Part shown: piece by piece, positions 30,541-39,812 of the stretch | How positions within the stretch are numbered: position 1 is the stretch's first letter | Layout: each line of letters begins with the position of its first letter | Sequence record: OR757453.1 | Direction: 5' to 3' (one strand) | Length of the DNA: 64,000 nt | Source of the DNA: Escherichia phage BYEP01 | The notes under the pieces: model-generated | What the model was told of the DNA's origin: nothing | Database searches by the model: none | The model's input: the letters and a program-made list of their open reading frames with translations, nothing else | Position numbers and translations under genes: made by a program

Positions 30541-30926
30541 ATGGAACTTATTACATAATTATTTGACGGCGCTTCGGCGCCGGTTGTTAACTTAAATCCT
30601 AAGCATAAAATACCACAAATTTTTGCTATTCAAGCCGGCGAAGAAAGCGTGCTTCCTGGATTTAGATTTTGTACATACACCTCTGGCGGTGATACAGATA
30701 AAACGTTAAACCAGGCGACAAAATGATGCATATCGTAATGATAGGTGTTAATGAGAAACTATCATTAGTTAAGCTTAAAAACTTGGGTGGAAATCCAATT
30801 GGTGTCATTAATGCTGTTTTTGATACTGCTCTTCAAACAATGAAACAGTATAAAATCGACGCATGCCTATTACGCGTACTAAAAAGTTCAAAATGTAGTT
30901 TACAAGTCCCTCGTGTTGTGTTATAG
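30541..30926 (+). pseudogene. decayed alt paralogue (N-terminal about 125 codons; premature TAA at codon 6 and a frameshift)
   Basis: MELIT-stop-LFDGASAPVVNLNPKHKIPQIFAIQAGEESVLPGFRFCTYTSGGDTDKTLNQATK then frameshift then MMHIVMIGVNEKLSLVKLKNLGGNPIGVINAVFDTALQTMKQYKIDACLLRVLKS; aligns to Alt residues about 1-125; contains GC hairpin GGCGC-ttcg-GCGCC. Confidence 0.75.
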
Positions 30927-30950
30927 TAGTCTTACTGACATAACATGAGG
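30896..30950 (+). promoter_or_regulatory. about 55-bp promoter-like plus hairpin element (copy 2 of 2; partner at 17304-17358)
   Basis: GTTTACAAGTCCCTCGTGTTGTGTTATAGTAGTCTTACTGACATAACATGAGGA; 52/54 identical to copy 1; right arm contains SD of the downstream ORF. Confidence 0.5.
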
Positions 30951-30958
30951 AACACAAA

Positions 30959-31249
30959 ATGAAATCTTCTTTACGCTTTTTAGGTCAAGAACTTGTAGTT
31001 GAAGGCGTTATTCCTGCTGATAATGCTTTTAATGAAGCAGTTTATGATGAATTTATCAAAATTTTCGGAACAGATAAAAAGTTTGGAATTTTTCCTTCTG
31101 AAAATTTTTCAAAGCCAGAACAGACTGAAAGTATTTTTCAGGGTGTAGTAACAGGTAAATTTGAGTCAGAAGCTCCGGTAAAAATTGAAGTTTATATTGA
31201 AGACAGTTTAGTTGCTTCAGTTGCTGCTTTCATTTCATTCCGTAAATAA
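30959..31249 (+). CDS. hypothetical protein (96 aa; downstream of alt)
   Basis: TGAGGA RBS then ATG; MKSSLRFLGQELVVEGVIPADNAFNEAVYDEF... Confidence 0.6.
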   Translation: MKSSLRFLGQELVVEGVIPADNAFNEAVYDEFIKIFGTDKKFGIFPSENFSKPEQTESIFQGVVTGKFESEAPVKIEVYIEDSLVASVAAFISFRK

Positions 31250-31255
31250 AAATAT

Positions 31256-31273
31256 GGGGACCGAAAGGTCCCC
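31256..31273. terminator. bidirectional terminator hairpin (GGGGACC-gaaa-GGTCCCC) between convergent genes
   Basis: Perfect 7-bp stem with GAAA loop; U-rich flanks on both strands. Confidence 0.7.
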
Positions 31274-31321
31274 GTTGTTATATTGCTCCTAATATTTTAC
31301 TCTGCGAATTGACAATCCCTG

Positions 31322-32245
31322 TCATAGTATACTAATATTTGAAATGCTTCCTGAGGTTCCTCCTAGTCTACTAAGTCGTGAAAGCGAATTAGATAGTCCA
31401 GTAACACCTCCACTATTTCCGAGAACGCTTTGAATACCATTTATAGCAGCAGATTCAAGCCATTCAAGCGCAGCTTGCCTATCAACTGCTCCAGCCTGCA
31501 TCACTCTGTACGCAAAAGTAACATCAAATGTAGTTATTTGGTTATCTCCATCATATGATAGCTCAGGAGCGCTCACTGATATTGGAATGCATCCGGTGAA
31601 CATCACCGCAGTATGAGGCAATCCATTGCGAGAATGAAGATTAACCTGAATATCTGCCTCGACATCTTGTGGCAAAGCACGTAATCCAGTTACTGGGTCT
31701 TGAACGGAGTTAACCCAGTCTTGCATTGCACGATAGTTACAAGCTTCTGAATCCATTCTAAATGAAATAACCAAAGGGTCTAATTCTCTCCCAGTTATAC
31801 GAATATTAGGAGAATTATAGTTCCAGTCAGTTTCATAGGATAATCTATTCTCTGGCATTTTTACAGAATATATCATCAATCCAGATGAGTTATATGCCAT
31901 GTTAAAGAAGTCAATTAAATATGTACCAACCGTAAATGAGCCTAATAAACTTTGAACTGTGCGTTGACTCATGGCACCAATAAGATATTTACTGACTCCT
32001 GATTTTCTTATTAGTTTTTGTGTGCCAGCTGTAATTAGCGTGGTAATTCCCTGATTAATATCACCTTGAGTTAATCCTAACCAATTTGAATTTAGGCCCA
32101 AGTTATTATAAGAAAAGTTGCTAATTGAACTTATCAACGAAGAGCTTTTAGTTGATGGAGTTGTCGCAAAAACGCAGCTAAACATATTATTACGTTGGAA
32201 ATCTGCGTTTATTGCTTGATTATTAAATTCCTCTAAAGAATACAT
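31322..32245 (-). CDS. 54: baseplate tail tube initiator gp54
   Basis: MYSLEEFNNQAINADFQRNNMFSCVFATTPSTKSS... recognised as T4 gp54 (307 aa here). Confidence 0.9.
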   Translation of the reverse strand: MYSLEEFNNQAINADFQRNNMFSCVFATTPSTKSSSLISSISNFSYNNLGLNSNWLGLTQGDINQGITTLITAGTQKLIRKSGVSKYLIGAMSQRTVQSLLGSFTVGTYLIDFFNMAYNSSGLMIYSVKMPENRLSYETDWNYNSPNIRITGRELDPLVISFRMDSEACNYRAMQDWVNSVQDPVTGLRALPQDVEADIQVNLHSRNGLPHTAVMFTGCIPISVSAPELSYDGDNQITTFDVTFAYRVMQAGAVDRQAALEWLESAAINGIQSVLGNSGGVTGLSNSLSRLSRLGGTSGSISNISIL

Positions 32246-33339
32246 TAAAAAGTCCCCGCATATAAAGAAGCACGGTTTAACGTGATAATTTCTCTCATAG
32301 TAATCTCGAGAGTAAATGTACTAGGGAGGTTTGGAGCAATAGCTAATCCGTTAAAGTTACCATTAGGTGTTTTATCAAATCTAATGCTCTGTATTTGGCA
32401 TGGACCAAATATTTCCGTTTTTCCATCAAACTTAGATGTTGCACCAAAGTTTTTCACCATCCAAACTGTCGGGTTTGAAACTACTAGAACGTTCGTTAAA
32501 CTTGCTGTCATTTTCTCAAATAGTGTTTTATTTTTAGCCGCGTCTTCCGGAGATAAAGGTTCAATTAACGTAGAACGATACCAATCATCCAAATACCCCT
32601 TTATTTCAGCAGCGTATTGAGATTTACCTGTTTCGCCATAAGAAAAATAGTTAAAATATTGATAGATATTAATAATAGCCATTAAATCTTCTGTTGAACG
32701 TGGAGTCAAATCCCATGTAAACACTTTAGTTCTATTCTCAGCACCACCATACATACTTCTGGCTGTTGTATAAATCTGTTCATTATTATCAGCCATTATA
32801 CCTTGCGTTATACTTTCCAGTGCCCCAAACACTGCAGTTGAAGCAATATTACTTAGCACACCAGTAGCAGTACCTCCGCCTCTGCTGATAAGACTTTCTT
32901 GAACATCATTAAATCTATGTGATGATGTATCAACGTCAGATTTAGATCTTGGCAAAAGAATATTTGCCACAGGAGCTTTACTTATTGTTCCTGAATTATT
33001 ATTTGATATTAATCCATTTGATAGTTTTGATACTGTACTACTAATAGTGTTTCTAGCTGTACTTAAAATACTCGAAGATGAAGAAGAGTAGTTAGATCTC
33101 ATCGATCTAAGACTTCCAGAATCCCTAGATGACATATTGTATGCAGTAAATAATAATCCATTCTTATATAGATCTGTTACCTGGAAGTCCCCTGTAGTGT
33201 CATTACCACTAGCACGCCCAGTTGGAAACTGGGCAGTGTATGTTTTAGTTGCTACTTCTGATTTAGTACTCTGTCCGGCTGAAATTTTCTCACCGGACTT
33301 TTTAATTAAATCAGCAGTTATTTCTTTAACAATTGCCAT
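32245..33339 (-). CDS. 48: baseplate tail tube cap gp48 (364 aa)
   Basis: MAIVKEITADLIKKSGEKISAGQSTKSEVATKTYTAQFPTGRASGNDTTGDF... recognised as T4 gp48. Confidence 0.92.
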   Translation of the reverse strand: MAIVKEITADLIKKSGEKISAGQSTKSEVATKTYTAQFPTGRASGNDTTGDFQVTDLYKNGLLFTAYNMSSRDSGSLRSMRSNYSSSSSSILSTARNTISSTVSKLSNGLISNNNSGTISKAPVANILLPRSKSDVDTSSHRFNDVQESLISRGGGTATGVLSNIASTAVFGALESITQGIMADNNEQIYTTARSMYGGAENRTKVFTWDLTPRSTEDLMAIINIYQYFNYFSYGETGKSQYAAEIKGYLDDWYRSTLIEPLSPEDAAKNKTLFEKMTASLTNVLVVSNPTVWMVKNFGATSKFDGKTEIFGPCQIQSIRFDKTPNGNFNGLAIAPNLPSTFTLEITMREIITLNRASLYAGTF

Positions 33340-33347
33340 ATTATTCC

Positions 33348-35120
33348 TTAATTAACTCCAGTCGCATCAAATACACCAGGAGCAGTCGTGCTCGTTACGG
33401 GTGTCATATTATGAACGACAGTATTTTTCTTAACAACATTATTAGTATTATTGATCGAAGGAGATGCTTGTTGAACAGGAGCTTGCTGTGCTTTGTTCTT
33501 TTCAATAACCTGGACCTGTTTCGCTTCTGGTGATTTAGCGGAAGTTTCAGGTTTGGCATTAGGCTGATTTTTCTTGAGCTCTTGATAAGTAGCATCAATT
33601 TTAGAAAATCTAGCAGCAAGTTCTTTTTTAACTGCCGGTGAATTATTTAAATCAGGGTCATCCATCCGTTTTTTAAGGTCTTCATAGGCAGCTTCAACTG
33701 ATTTAACCGTTGAGTCTTTACTCATATCAGCTGAATCAGCGTATTTTTCAAAACGAATCATCGCAGCACGCGCTTCATTAGCCTTCATTAAAGCATTTTT
33801 TCTTTCTTCAGGTGAAAGTTGCTTTAATTTTTCTTCTTCTGCTGCGCGTTCTTCGTCGGTAGTTAGTGCTTCTTTATTATCAACGCCACGAATCCAGTTA
33901 GATGCACGAGTTTTCCAATTAGCAATTTTATCTAATCCTTTTGCTATCGGACCAAGGTCTCCGTTCATTCGTTTATCTTGATAATTTGCAACTTTTTCCT
34001 GGTCTTCTTTATTGAGAGATGCTCCAGTAGAATTTTGGAAATTTTCTAGTGCTCTTCCTTCTACTTCATCAGCGGTATCCTTCATACCAGGAATAACTCG
34101 AAGAATTGCAGCAGATAATTTAGCCATTCCAAGCTGAATAAGTTCTCCTAAATTATAAAGAACCTTTCCAAGCCCTTCTACAATAGCTACCGTCAAACCA
34201 CCCCAATCTCCCTCTTCCCAGAATTTTTTAATTTCATCAATAGAACTAAAGATGCTCTGTAATAAAGGACCCCATGTTCCGGTTTCGCTAGAGAATTTAG
34301 TAAAGTTGCCACTAAATAAATCCCAGGCTTTTGAAAATTTATCTGACCAGTATTTAAAGTGAATCATCAAAAGGTCTATTCCAACAACAACAGCCAATAT
34401 CATTGCAGTCATTTTAGCAGCTTCAATAGCAGCACTGACGGTGTACTTAAATAGCATGCTTGATATTTTATCAGTAATTGAAATGGATTTTTTAAATCCA
34501 AAATCAACTGTCTTTGTTAATTTATCTAAAGCTTGAGATAATTTTAAGTTAAATGCGTCTTTTTTCTGTTTTTCTTCTGGCGATTCTTGTTTAGGTTCGA
34601 CTGGCTGAGGGGTAGGGAAAAAATCAGCATCAGGATCATTATTAACTGCTTCAGGAGCCGGTAATAAAGGACCCACAGATTCAGCTGTATCGTCCTCAAC
34701 AACTTTAACAGGAATAGCGCTTTCAACCGTGGCTAAACTAGTTCCTGTCTGTTGAATTCCAGCTGTCTGAATTTTTTGCTCTAGTAAACTTGTTAATTTA
34801 TCTAATTTACTTCCGAGTGATTCGCCGATTTCTTTATTAATATTATTGCCAATTTCGACAGTTTCAGCAATTAACTCAGAACCGGCAGTAGTATCACTCA
34901 CTGCGCTTTCTACGTTATCAATTGCTCCAATTATTTCATTCGATTTTTCTTCGACAGTTTGAGCTATTAATTCAGAAGCAGCTTGAGCATCATCCAATTT
35001 CGTAGATATATCGTTAAGTCCAGATAAAGTGTTAGAAGCGGATTTAGCCGCTTCCTGTGTTGGTTTATTATCTGAAATAACTTTTCTACGCATCGTTTGC
35101 ATTTCTTGTGGCTTTTTCAT
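33348..35120 (-). CDS. 29: baseplate hub / tail length determinator gp29 (590 aa)
   Basis: [59 protein letters not shown]... recognised as T4 gp29. Confidence 0.92.
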   Translation of the reverse strand: MKKPQEMQTMRRKVISDNKPTQEAAKSASNTLSGLNDISTKLDDAQAASELIAQTVEEKSNEIIGAIDNVESAVSDTTAGSELIAETVEIGNNINKEIGESLGSKLDKLTSLLEQKIQTAGIQQTGTSLATVESAIPVKVVEDDTAESVGPLLPAPEAVNNDPDADFFPTPQPVEPKQESPEEKQKKDAFNLKLSQALDKLTKTVDFGFKKSISITDKISSMLFKYTVSAAIEAAKMTAMILAVVVGIDLLMIHFKYWSDKFSKAWDLFSGNFTKFSSETGTWGPLLQSIFSSIDEIKKFWEEGDWGGLTVAIVEGLGKVLYNLGELIQLGMAKLSAAILRVIPGMKDTADEVEGRALENFQNSTGASLNKEDQEKVANYQDKRMNGDLGPIAKGLDKIANWKTRASNWIRGVDNKEALTTDEERAAEEEKLKQLSPEERKNALMKANEARAAMIRFEKYADSADMSKDSTVKSVEAAYEDLKKRMDDPDLNNSPAVKKELAARFSKIDATYQELKKNQPNAKPETSAKSPEAKQVQVIEKNKAQQAPVQQASPSINNTNNVVKKNTVVHNMTPVTSTTAPGVFDATGVN

Positions 35121-35650
35121 TCAAATAATCCAATAATATTGCCAATTCCAGTTATTGGACCATTAGGGCCAGGAATTGCTAAAGTTGTAAAAATGTCATT
35201 TGCCCATTTTAAAACGAATGCTGGCATCTCAAGAAAATTAATTTCTTTAACTTCATCATTGACCTTAAGCAAGCATTTGGATAACATATCGCTCACCGTT
35301 AAAAATTGTTCAAATTTTCCAGGAGGTCTAAAATAAAATGTATTTCCTTGGTATTGAAATTCTAATCTTTGGCATACATAAACATCATTAATGTCATAAG
35401 TATAACCATCTATTTCTTTACGAGATTTAATCTTTCCATTAAATTCCAATAAATGAATAGAAACGAAATCAACTTCTGCCGGTGATAAATTCGGACAAAT
35501 AGAATCAATAAGAAGTTTTAAATTTTCATCAGGACCTTTAACATCCTTTAAAATGTTATAATGTTTAAGACCCATTTTAGGAATAGAAACTTCTTTATTG
35601 CTTATTGGAAGAACTACTTTCTTCAGTGGTAGTATCAGATTTAAATTCAT
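35117..35650 (-). CDS. 28: baseplate hub distal subunit gp28 (177 aa)
   Basis: [42 protein letters not shown]... recognised as T4 gp28. Confidence 0.9.
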   Translation of the reverse strand: MNLNLILPLKKVVLPISNKEVSIPKMGLKHYNILKDVKGPDENLKLLIDSICPNLSPAEVDFVSIHLLEFNGKIKSRKEIDGYTYDINDVYVCQRLEFQYQGNTFYFRPPGKFEQFLTVSDMLSKCLLKVNDEVKEINFLEMPAFVLKWANDIFTTLAIPGPNGPITGIGNIIGLFE

Positions 35651-36770
35651 TTTTAACCTTAACTGGGTCTATTGTTTCCAGTTTCGTTGCATTAGTGAAC
35701 ATATATAGATGAGTTACTGAATTATTATTGGATAATTCATGGATAACTTCATCAACGTAAAATTCTGTTTTAAATTGGTTTTTACTATCATTAAAAATAA
35801 TTTTAACGCCAGGAGTCAAGTTAAAATTACCGACAGTAGAACATTTAGCATAACCGTCATATTGTGCCATAGTTTGAAGACGAATAGCTTCTTCATATCC
35901 ATTCCTATAAGTCATTTCAGAATAAGCACCTGACCTTGACACTACAATAGAGTTTTCGCCCTTTCCTGTAGTAATCATTGGCAATGAAGAATCTAAAAAT
36001 GAATGAGCATAGATAGTAGCATTTTTCATTGGGTCACGTTTGTGAGGATTCGATTTAGTCAACCAAACAAAATCATATGCTAATGGATATTTTAATTCTT
36101 GGATGAATTGACCTATTAAAGATGGCTCGCCGACAATCATTGGATATGGTTCTTGATTTATCATCATATCATAGTCCATCATGTTAACTCCCATGATGTC
36201 TTGCCATACAAATACAAATTTGTCGCTTCCTACAGCTAGACCAACTTCTCTTACATATGACAAATAGTTTTCAAATGTGCTAGTCCATGGAATATCAGGA
36301 ACATAAGCATTTATAGCATTTATCGCTGGAGTTAATAATGTACGGTCTTGATAAATGACGCCAAGCATTTCTTTTATAGATTCACCTGCATCAGGGAAAA
36401 ATGGTCTACCAAATTTAAGATTTTCTATAGAATGAATAGTTCCCAATTCAATAGCAATGATGTTATCGCCTTTTGAATCGACTGACACGGAAAAATGCTT
36501 ACATCCATAAATTCGTGTTTTAACATTATTAATATCATTTGCATTAGCTACAGAAATCTGAATTATTTCATTTCCATCCATTTTTGTATGGATGTTTTTA
36601 GAATCATAAAACTGCAGCATTCCTTCATTTCGGCCATAAAGAGAATCCCGCATAGTTAATGTGGTAATAGTAGCAGCTAATTCAACAAATCTATTATTAC
36701 TCCAAGCGTCGTAGCTATCAAACAATTTAACGCTGAGATTTGGATATCCTGGGCGTTGCAACATACTCAT
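35595..36770 (-). CDS. 27: baseplate hub subunit gp27 (391 aa)
   Basis: [56 protein letters not shown]... recognised as T4 gp27. Confidence 0.93.
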   Translation of the reverse strand: MSMLQRPGYPNLSVKLFDSYDAWSNNRFVELAATITTLTMRDSLYGRNEGMLQFYDSKNIHTKMDGNEIIQISVANANDINNVKTRIYGCKHFSVSVDSKGDNIIAIELGTIHSIENLKFGRPFFPDAGESIKEMLGVIYQDRTLLTPAINAINAYVPDIPWTSTFENYLSYVREVGLAVGSDKFVFVWQDIMGVNMMDYDMMINQEPYPMIVGEPSLIGQFIQELKYPLAYDFVWLTKSNPHKRDPMKNATIYAHSFLDSSLPMITTGKGENSIVVSRSGAYSEMTYRNGYEEAIRLQTMAQYDGYAKCSTVGNFNLTPGVKIIFNDSKNQFKTEFYVDEVIHELSNNNSVTHLYMFTNATKLETIDPVKVKNEFKSDTTTEESSSSNKQ

Positions 36771-37519
36771 TATTGTTTATCCTTCTCAATCAGTTTTAAT
36801 ACGAATCCGCGCTCAGCAGGAATCATTTTCATTATTGAATTTAAGCTATAATTACTTTTTACGAGTGTGTGATTAATTTGATAAAAAGTAAATATCTCAT
36901 CTGGGTTAACTAATAGCTTAAACACATCTACTATATCAGTGTATTTTTTAATGTACTTATTACAGCATGACATATGTAGAGTTAAATTAATAGGATTCAT
37001 TGCATCGAGAATTTTTTCTAATGTTTCTATCTCGATGGCGTCAACGAGTTCTATTTGACTGGACTCGCTAATTTCCTTCCAATCATACCAAGTTTCATCT
37101 ACTTGAACAGAATGAATATTTTCAGTAATCATCTTTGCTTTATTTTCATAAAACTCAGAAGGAAACTTTAATTTAATTTTAACATTAGCTACATCAAAAA
37201 CAGGTTCCTTTAATTCTTTTTGATATATTTCAAATGGAACTGTCTTTTCTTTTTTACATTTTGGACATACGAATGTGACTGGTACTTTTGTTTTACCTAT
37301 CGACCCTACAAATACCTGCAAAAATATAAATGGTTGCCAAGTCTTCGGATAGTCTCCAAAATAATCATCAATTAAATCAGTAATTATTTCTTTTTGTTCT
37401 TGTGGTGACCGATGTTCTATATCGTTTCGAACTAACAAAAAATCTCGATAATCTTCTACCGTAAATGGTTTAAAACGATGAACACCATCTGGTAATTTAC
37501 AACGAATAATGTTTGCCAT
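36770..37519 (-). CDS. 51: baseplate hub assembly catalyst gp51 (249 aa)
   Basis: [44 protein letters not shown]... recognised as T4 gp51. Confidence 0.92.
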   Translation of the reverse strand: MANIIRCKLPDGVHRFKPFTVEDYRDFLLVRNDIEHRSPQEQKEIITDLIDDYFGDYPKTWQPFIFLQVFVGSIGKTKVPVTFVCPKCKKEKTVPFEIYQKELKEPVFDVANVKIKLKFPSEFYENKAKMITENIHSVQVDETWYDWKEISESSQIELVDAIEIETLEKILDAMNPINLTLHMSCCNKYIKKYTDIVDVFKLLVNPDEIFTFYQINHTLVKSNYSLNSIMKMIPAERGFVLKLIEKDKQ

Positions 37520-37536
37520 AGATGCTCCTTTTATTC

Positions 37537-37548
37537 TATTTATAAATA
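37537..37548. promoter_or_regulatory. overlapping divergent late promoters in palindrome TATTTATAAATA (gene 51 on minus, gene 26 on plus)
   Basis: tatttata 37537-37544 (minus-strand TATAAATA) and tataaata 37541-37548 in the 50-bp divergent intergenic region. Confidence 0.6.
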
Positions 37549-37569
37549 TGATAAATAAAGGAGCTAAAT

Positions 37570-38196
37570 ATGTATGAATACAAATTTGATGTGAGAGTTG
37601 GTTCTAAAATAATCAATTGTCGCGCATTCACGCTTAAAGAATATCTAGAACTTATTACTGCCAAAAATAATGGTTCTGTAGAAGTAATTGTTAAAAAGCT
37701 AATCAAAGACTGCACAAATGCAAAAGATTTAAACCGCCAAGAATCAGAACTATTATTGATTCATTTATGGGCACATTCTCTCGGCGAAGTTAATCACGAA
37801 AACTCCTGGAAGTGCACCTGTGGAACTGAAATACCAACCCATATAAATCTATTACATACACAAATAGATGCACCAGAAGACCTCTGGTATACACTGGGTG
37901 ACATTAAAATTAAATTCCGATACCCTAAAATTTTTGATGATAAAAACATAGCCCACATGATAGTATCATGTATAGAAACAATTCATGCTAACGGTGAAAG
38001 CATTCCAATTGAAGACTTGAATGAAAAAGAGTTGGAAGATTTATATTCTATCATCACAGAGTCAGATATTGTAGCTATAAAAGATATGCTTTTAAAGCCT
38101 ACTGTTTATTTGGCTGTTCCAATTAAATGTCCAGAGTGTGGAAAATCTCACGCTCATGTAATAAGAGGACTCAAAGAATTCTTTGAGCTATTGTAA
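37570..38196 (+). CDS. 26: baseplate hub subunit gp26 (208 aa)
   Basis: [48 protein letters not shown]... recognised as T4 gp26. Confidence 0.92.
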   Translation: MYEYKFDVRVGSKIINCRAFTLKEYLELITAKNNGSVEVIVKKLIKDCTNAKDLNRQESELLLIHLWAHSLGEVNHENSWKCTCGTEIPTHINLLHTQIDAPEDLWYTLGDIKIKFRYPKIFDDKNIAHMIVSCIETIHANGESIPIEDLNEKELEDLYSIITESDIVAIKDMLLKPTVYLAVPIKCPECGKSHAHVIRGLKEFFELL

Positions 38197-38594
38197 TGGC
38201 AAATATTAATAAGCTTTATTCTGACATTGACCCAGAAATGAAAATGGATTGGGACAAAGACGTTTCCAGATCTCTTGGATTAAGGTCAATTAAAAATAGT
38301 CTTTTAGGAATTATTACAACCAGGAAAGGGTCAAGGCCATTTGACCCAGAATTTGGATGCGATTTATCTGATCAGCTTTTTGAGAATATGACTCCTCTTA
38401 CTGCTGATACTGTTGAGCGTAACATTGAAAGCGCAGTAAGAAACTACGAGCCACGTATTGATAAATTAGCAGTTAATGTAATACCAGTTTATGATGATTA
38501 TACTCTGATAGTAGAAATACGCTTTTCGGTCATCGATAACCCTGATGATATTGAGCAGATAAAACTACAACTGGCTTCCAGTAACAGAGTATAA
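38196..38594 (+). CDS. 25: baseplate wedge subunit gp25 (132 aa)
   Basis: [65 protein letters not shown]... recognised as T4 gp25. Confidence 0.93.
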   Translation: MANINKLYSDIDPEMKMDWDKDVSRSLGLRSIKNSLLGIITTRKGSRPFDPEFGCDLSDQLFENMTPLTADTVERNIESAVRNYEPRIDKLAVNVIPVYDDYTLIVEIRFSVIDNPDDIEQIKLQLASSNRV

Positions 38595-38620
38595 TGCTTC
38601 ACGTATAAACGTGGTATAAT
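38593..38620 (+). promoter_or_regulatory. middle-promoter-like element upstream of uvsY (MotA box AATGCTTCA plus -10 TATAAT)
   Basis: TGCTTC 38595-38600; TATAAT 38615-38620; 13-nt spacing. Confidence 0.5.
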
Positions 38621-38660
38621 GAATCTAAGTCCATCCAATAACAATTGAATAGAGAACAAT

Positions 38661-39074
38661 ATGAAATTAGAAGATCTTCAAGAAGAATTGAAGAAAGATG
38701 TGTTTATAGATTCGACTAAATTACAGTATGAAGCAGCTAATAATGTGATGTTATATAGTAAATGGCTCAATAAGCATTCAAGTATTAAAAAGGAAATGCT
38801 TAGAATTGACGCACAGAAAAAAGTTGCTCTTAAAGCTAAATTAGACTACTACTCGGGACGAGGAGATGGTGATGAATTTAGTATGGATCGTTATGAGAAA
38901 TCAGAAATGAAGACAGTTCTATCAGCTGATAAGGATGTTTTAAAAGTTGATACTTCATTGCAATATTGGGGAATTTTATTGGATTTCTGTAGCGGAGCTC
39001 TTGATGCTATTAAATCACGCGGATTTGCTATTAAGCATATTCAAGACATGCGAGCATTTGAGGCTGGAAAATAA
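38661..39074 (+). CDS. uvsY: recombination mediator UvsY (137 aa)
   Basis: MKLEDLQEELKKDVFIDSTKLQYEAANNVMLYSKWLNKHSSIKKEMLRIDAQKK... recognised as T4 UvsY. Confidence 0.95.
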   Translation: MKLEDLQEELKKDVFIDSTKLQYEAANNVMLYSKWLNKHSSIKKEMLRIDAQKKVALKAKLDYYSGRGDGDEFSMDRYEKSEMKTVLSADKDVLKVDTSLQYWGILLDFCSGALDAIKSRGFAIKHIQDMRAFEAGK

Positions 39075-39298
39075 TGAAATATAGCATTGATGATGCTTTT
39101 AATTATGAAGAAGAATTTGAAACGGAAATTCAATTCTTAATGAAAAAGTATAATCTCAAGCGTCAGGATATTCGTATCCTGGCCGACCATCCATGCGGTG
39201 AAGATGTACTTTATATTAAAGGAAAATTTGCCGGATATCTTGATGAATATTTTTATTCTAAAGATATGGGCATTGATATGCATATGAGAGTTATATAA
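39074..39298 (+). CDS. hypothetical protein (74 aa; uvsY.-1-position)
   Basis: ATGA-type overlap with uvsY stop; MKYSIDDAFNYEEEFETEIQFLMKKYNLKRQDIRILADHPCGEDV... Confidence 0.6.
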   Translation: MKYSIDDAFNYEEEFETEIQFLMKKYNLKRQDIRILADHPCGEDVLYIKGKFAGYLDEYFYSKDMGIDMHMRVI

Positions 39299-39332
39299 AT
39301 AGATATATATATATAATTTAGAGGAGACAATC

Positions 39333-39500
39333 ATGTCAGATAAGATTTGTGTTGTCTGTAAAACTCCAATCGATTCTGCATTGGTTGTTGAAACAGACAA
39401 AGGTCCTGTACATCCTGGGCCTTGCTATAATTACATTAAAGAACTACCGGTTTCAGAAAGTTCGGAAGAACAATTAAATGAAACACAACTTTTGCTATAG
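39333..39500 (+). CDS. hypothetical small Cys-rich protein (55 aa; uvsY.-2-position; below ORF-track cutoff)
   Basis: GAGGAG RBS (39321-39326) then ATG 39333; MSDKICVVCKTPIDSALVVETDKGPVHPGPCYNY...; stop TAG 39498-39500. Confidence 0.55.
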   Translation: MSDKICVVCKTPIDSALVVETDKGPVHPGPCYNYIKELPVSESSEEQLNETQLLL

Positions 39501-39523
39501 TGTGACCTTTAGTCTATAGTTTT

Positions 39524-39555
39524 GGCCCTTCCTTTTTTGGTTGGGCCTTTTTTAA
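39524..39555 (+). terminator. hairpin GGCCC...GGGCC followed by TTTTTT (terminator of the 25-uvsY transcription unit)
   Basis: Inverted repeat 39524-39528 / 39543-39547, then T6. Confidence 0.55.
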
Positions 39556-39556
39556 T

Positions 39557-39787
39557 TTAAAAGCTTTCTTCTACTTCATCGTCTGAATCTTCTAATTCAG
39601 CTCTTTTTCCTGCCAAAGCATCTCTGACAGAGATGTCATCAGTATCTTTTAATTCAGTTTCTTTAACTCTTTTCTTGTAATAAGCTTCAAGTTCTTCTAG
39701 ACCTTCTAATGTTTGACAAGAGGCAATTTTACCCATAAATTCATCAATAGAAGCTTCATAAAGAAATTGTTTAAATTCTAGTAACAT
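39557..39787 (-). CDS. uvsW.1: UvsW.1 (76 aa)
   Basis: Track ORF 39557..39799 starts at TTG; GGAG RBS then ATG 39787: MLLEFKQFLYEASIDEFMGKIASCQTLEGLEELEAYYKKRVKETELKD..., recognised as T4 UvsW.1. Confidence 0.85.
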   Translation of the reverse strand: MLLEFKQFLYEASIDEFMGKIASCQTLEGLEELEAYYKKRVKETELKDTDDISVRDALAGKRAELEDSDDEVEESF

Positions 39788-39812
39788 CTTTTTCTCCAAA
39801 GGGCCGGAGCCC

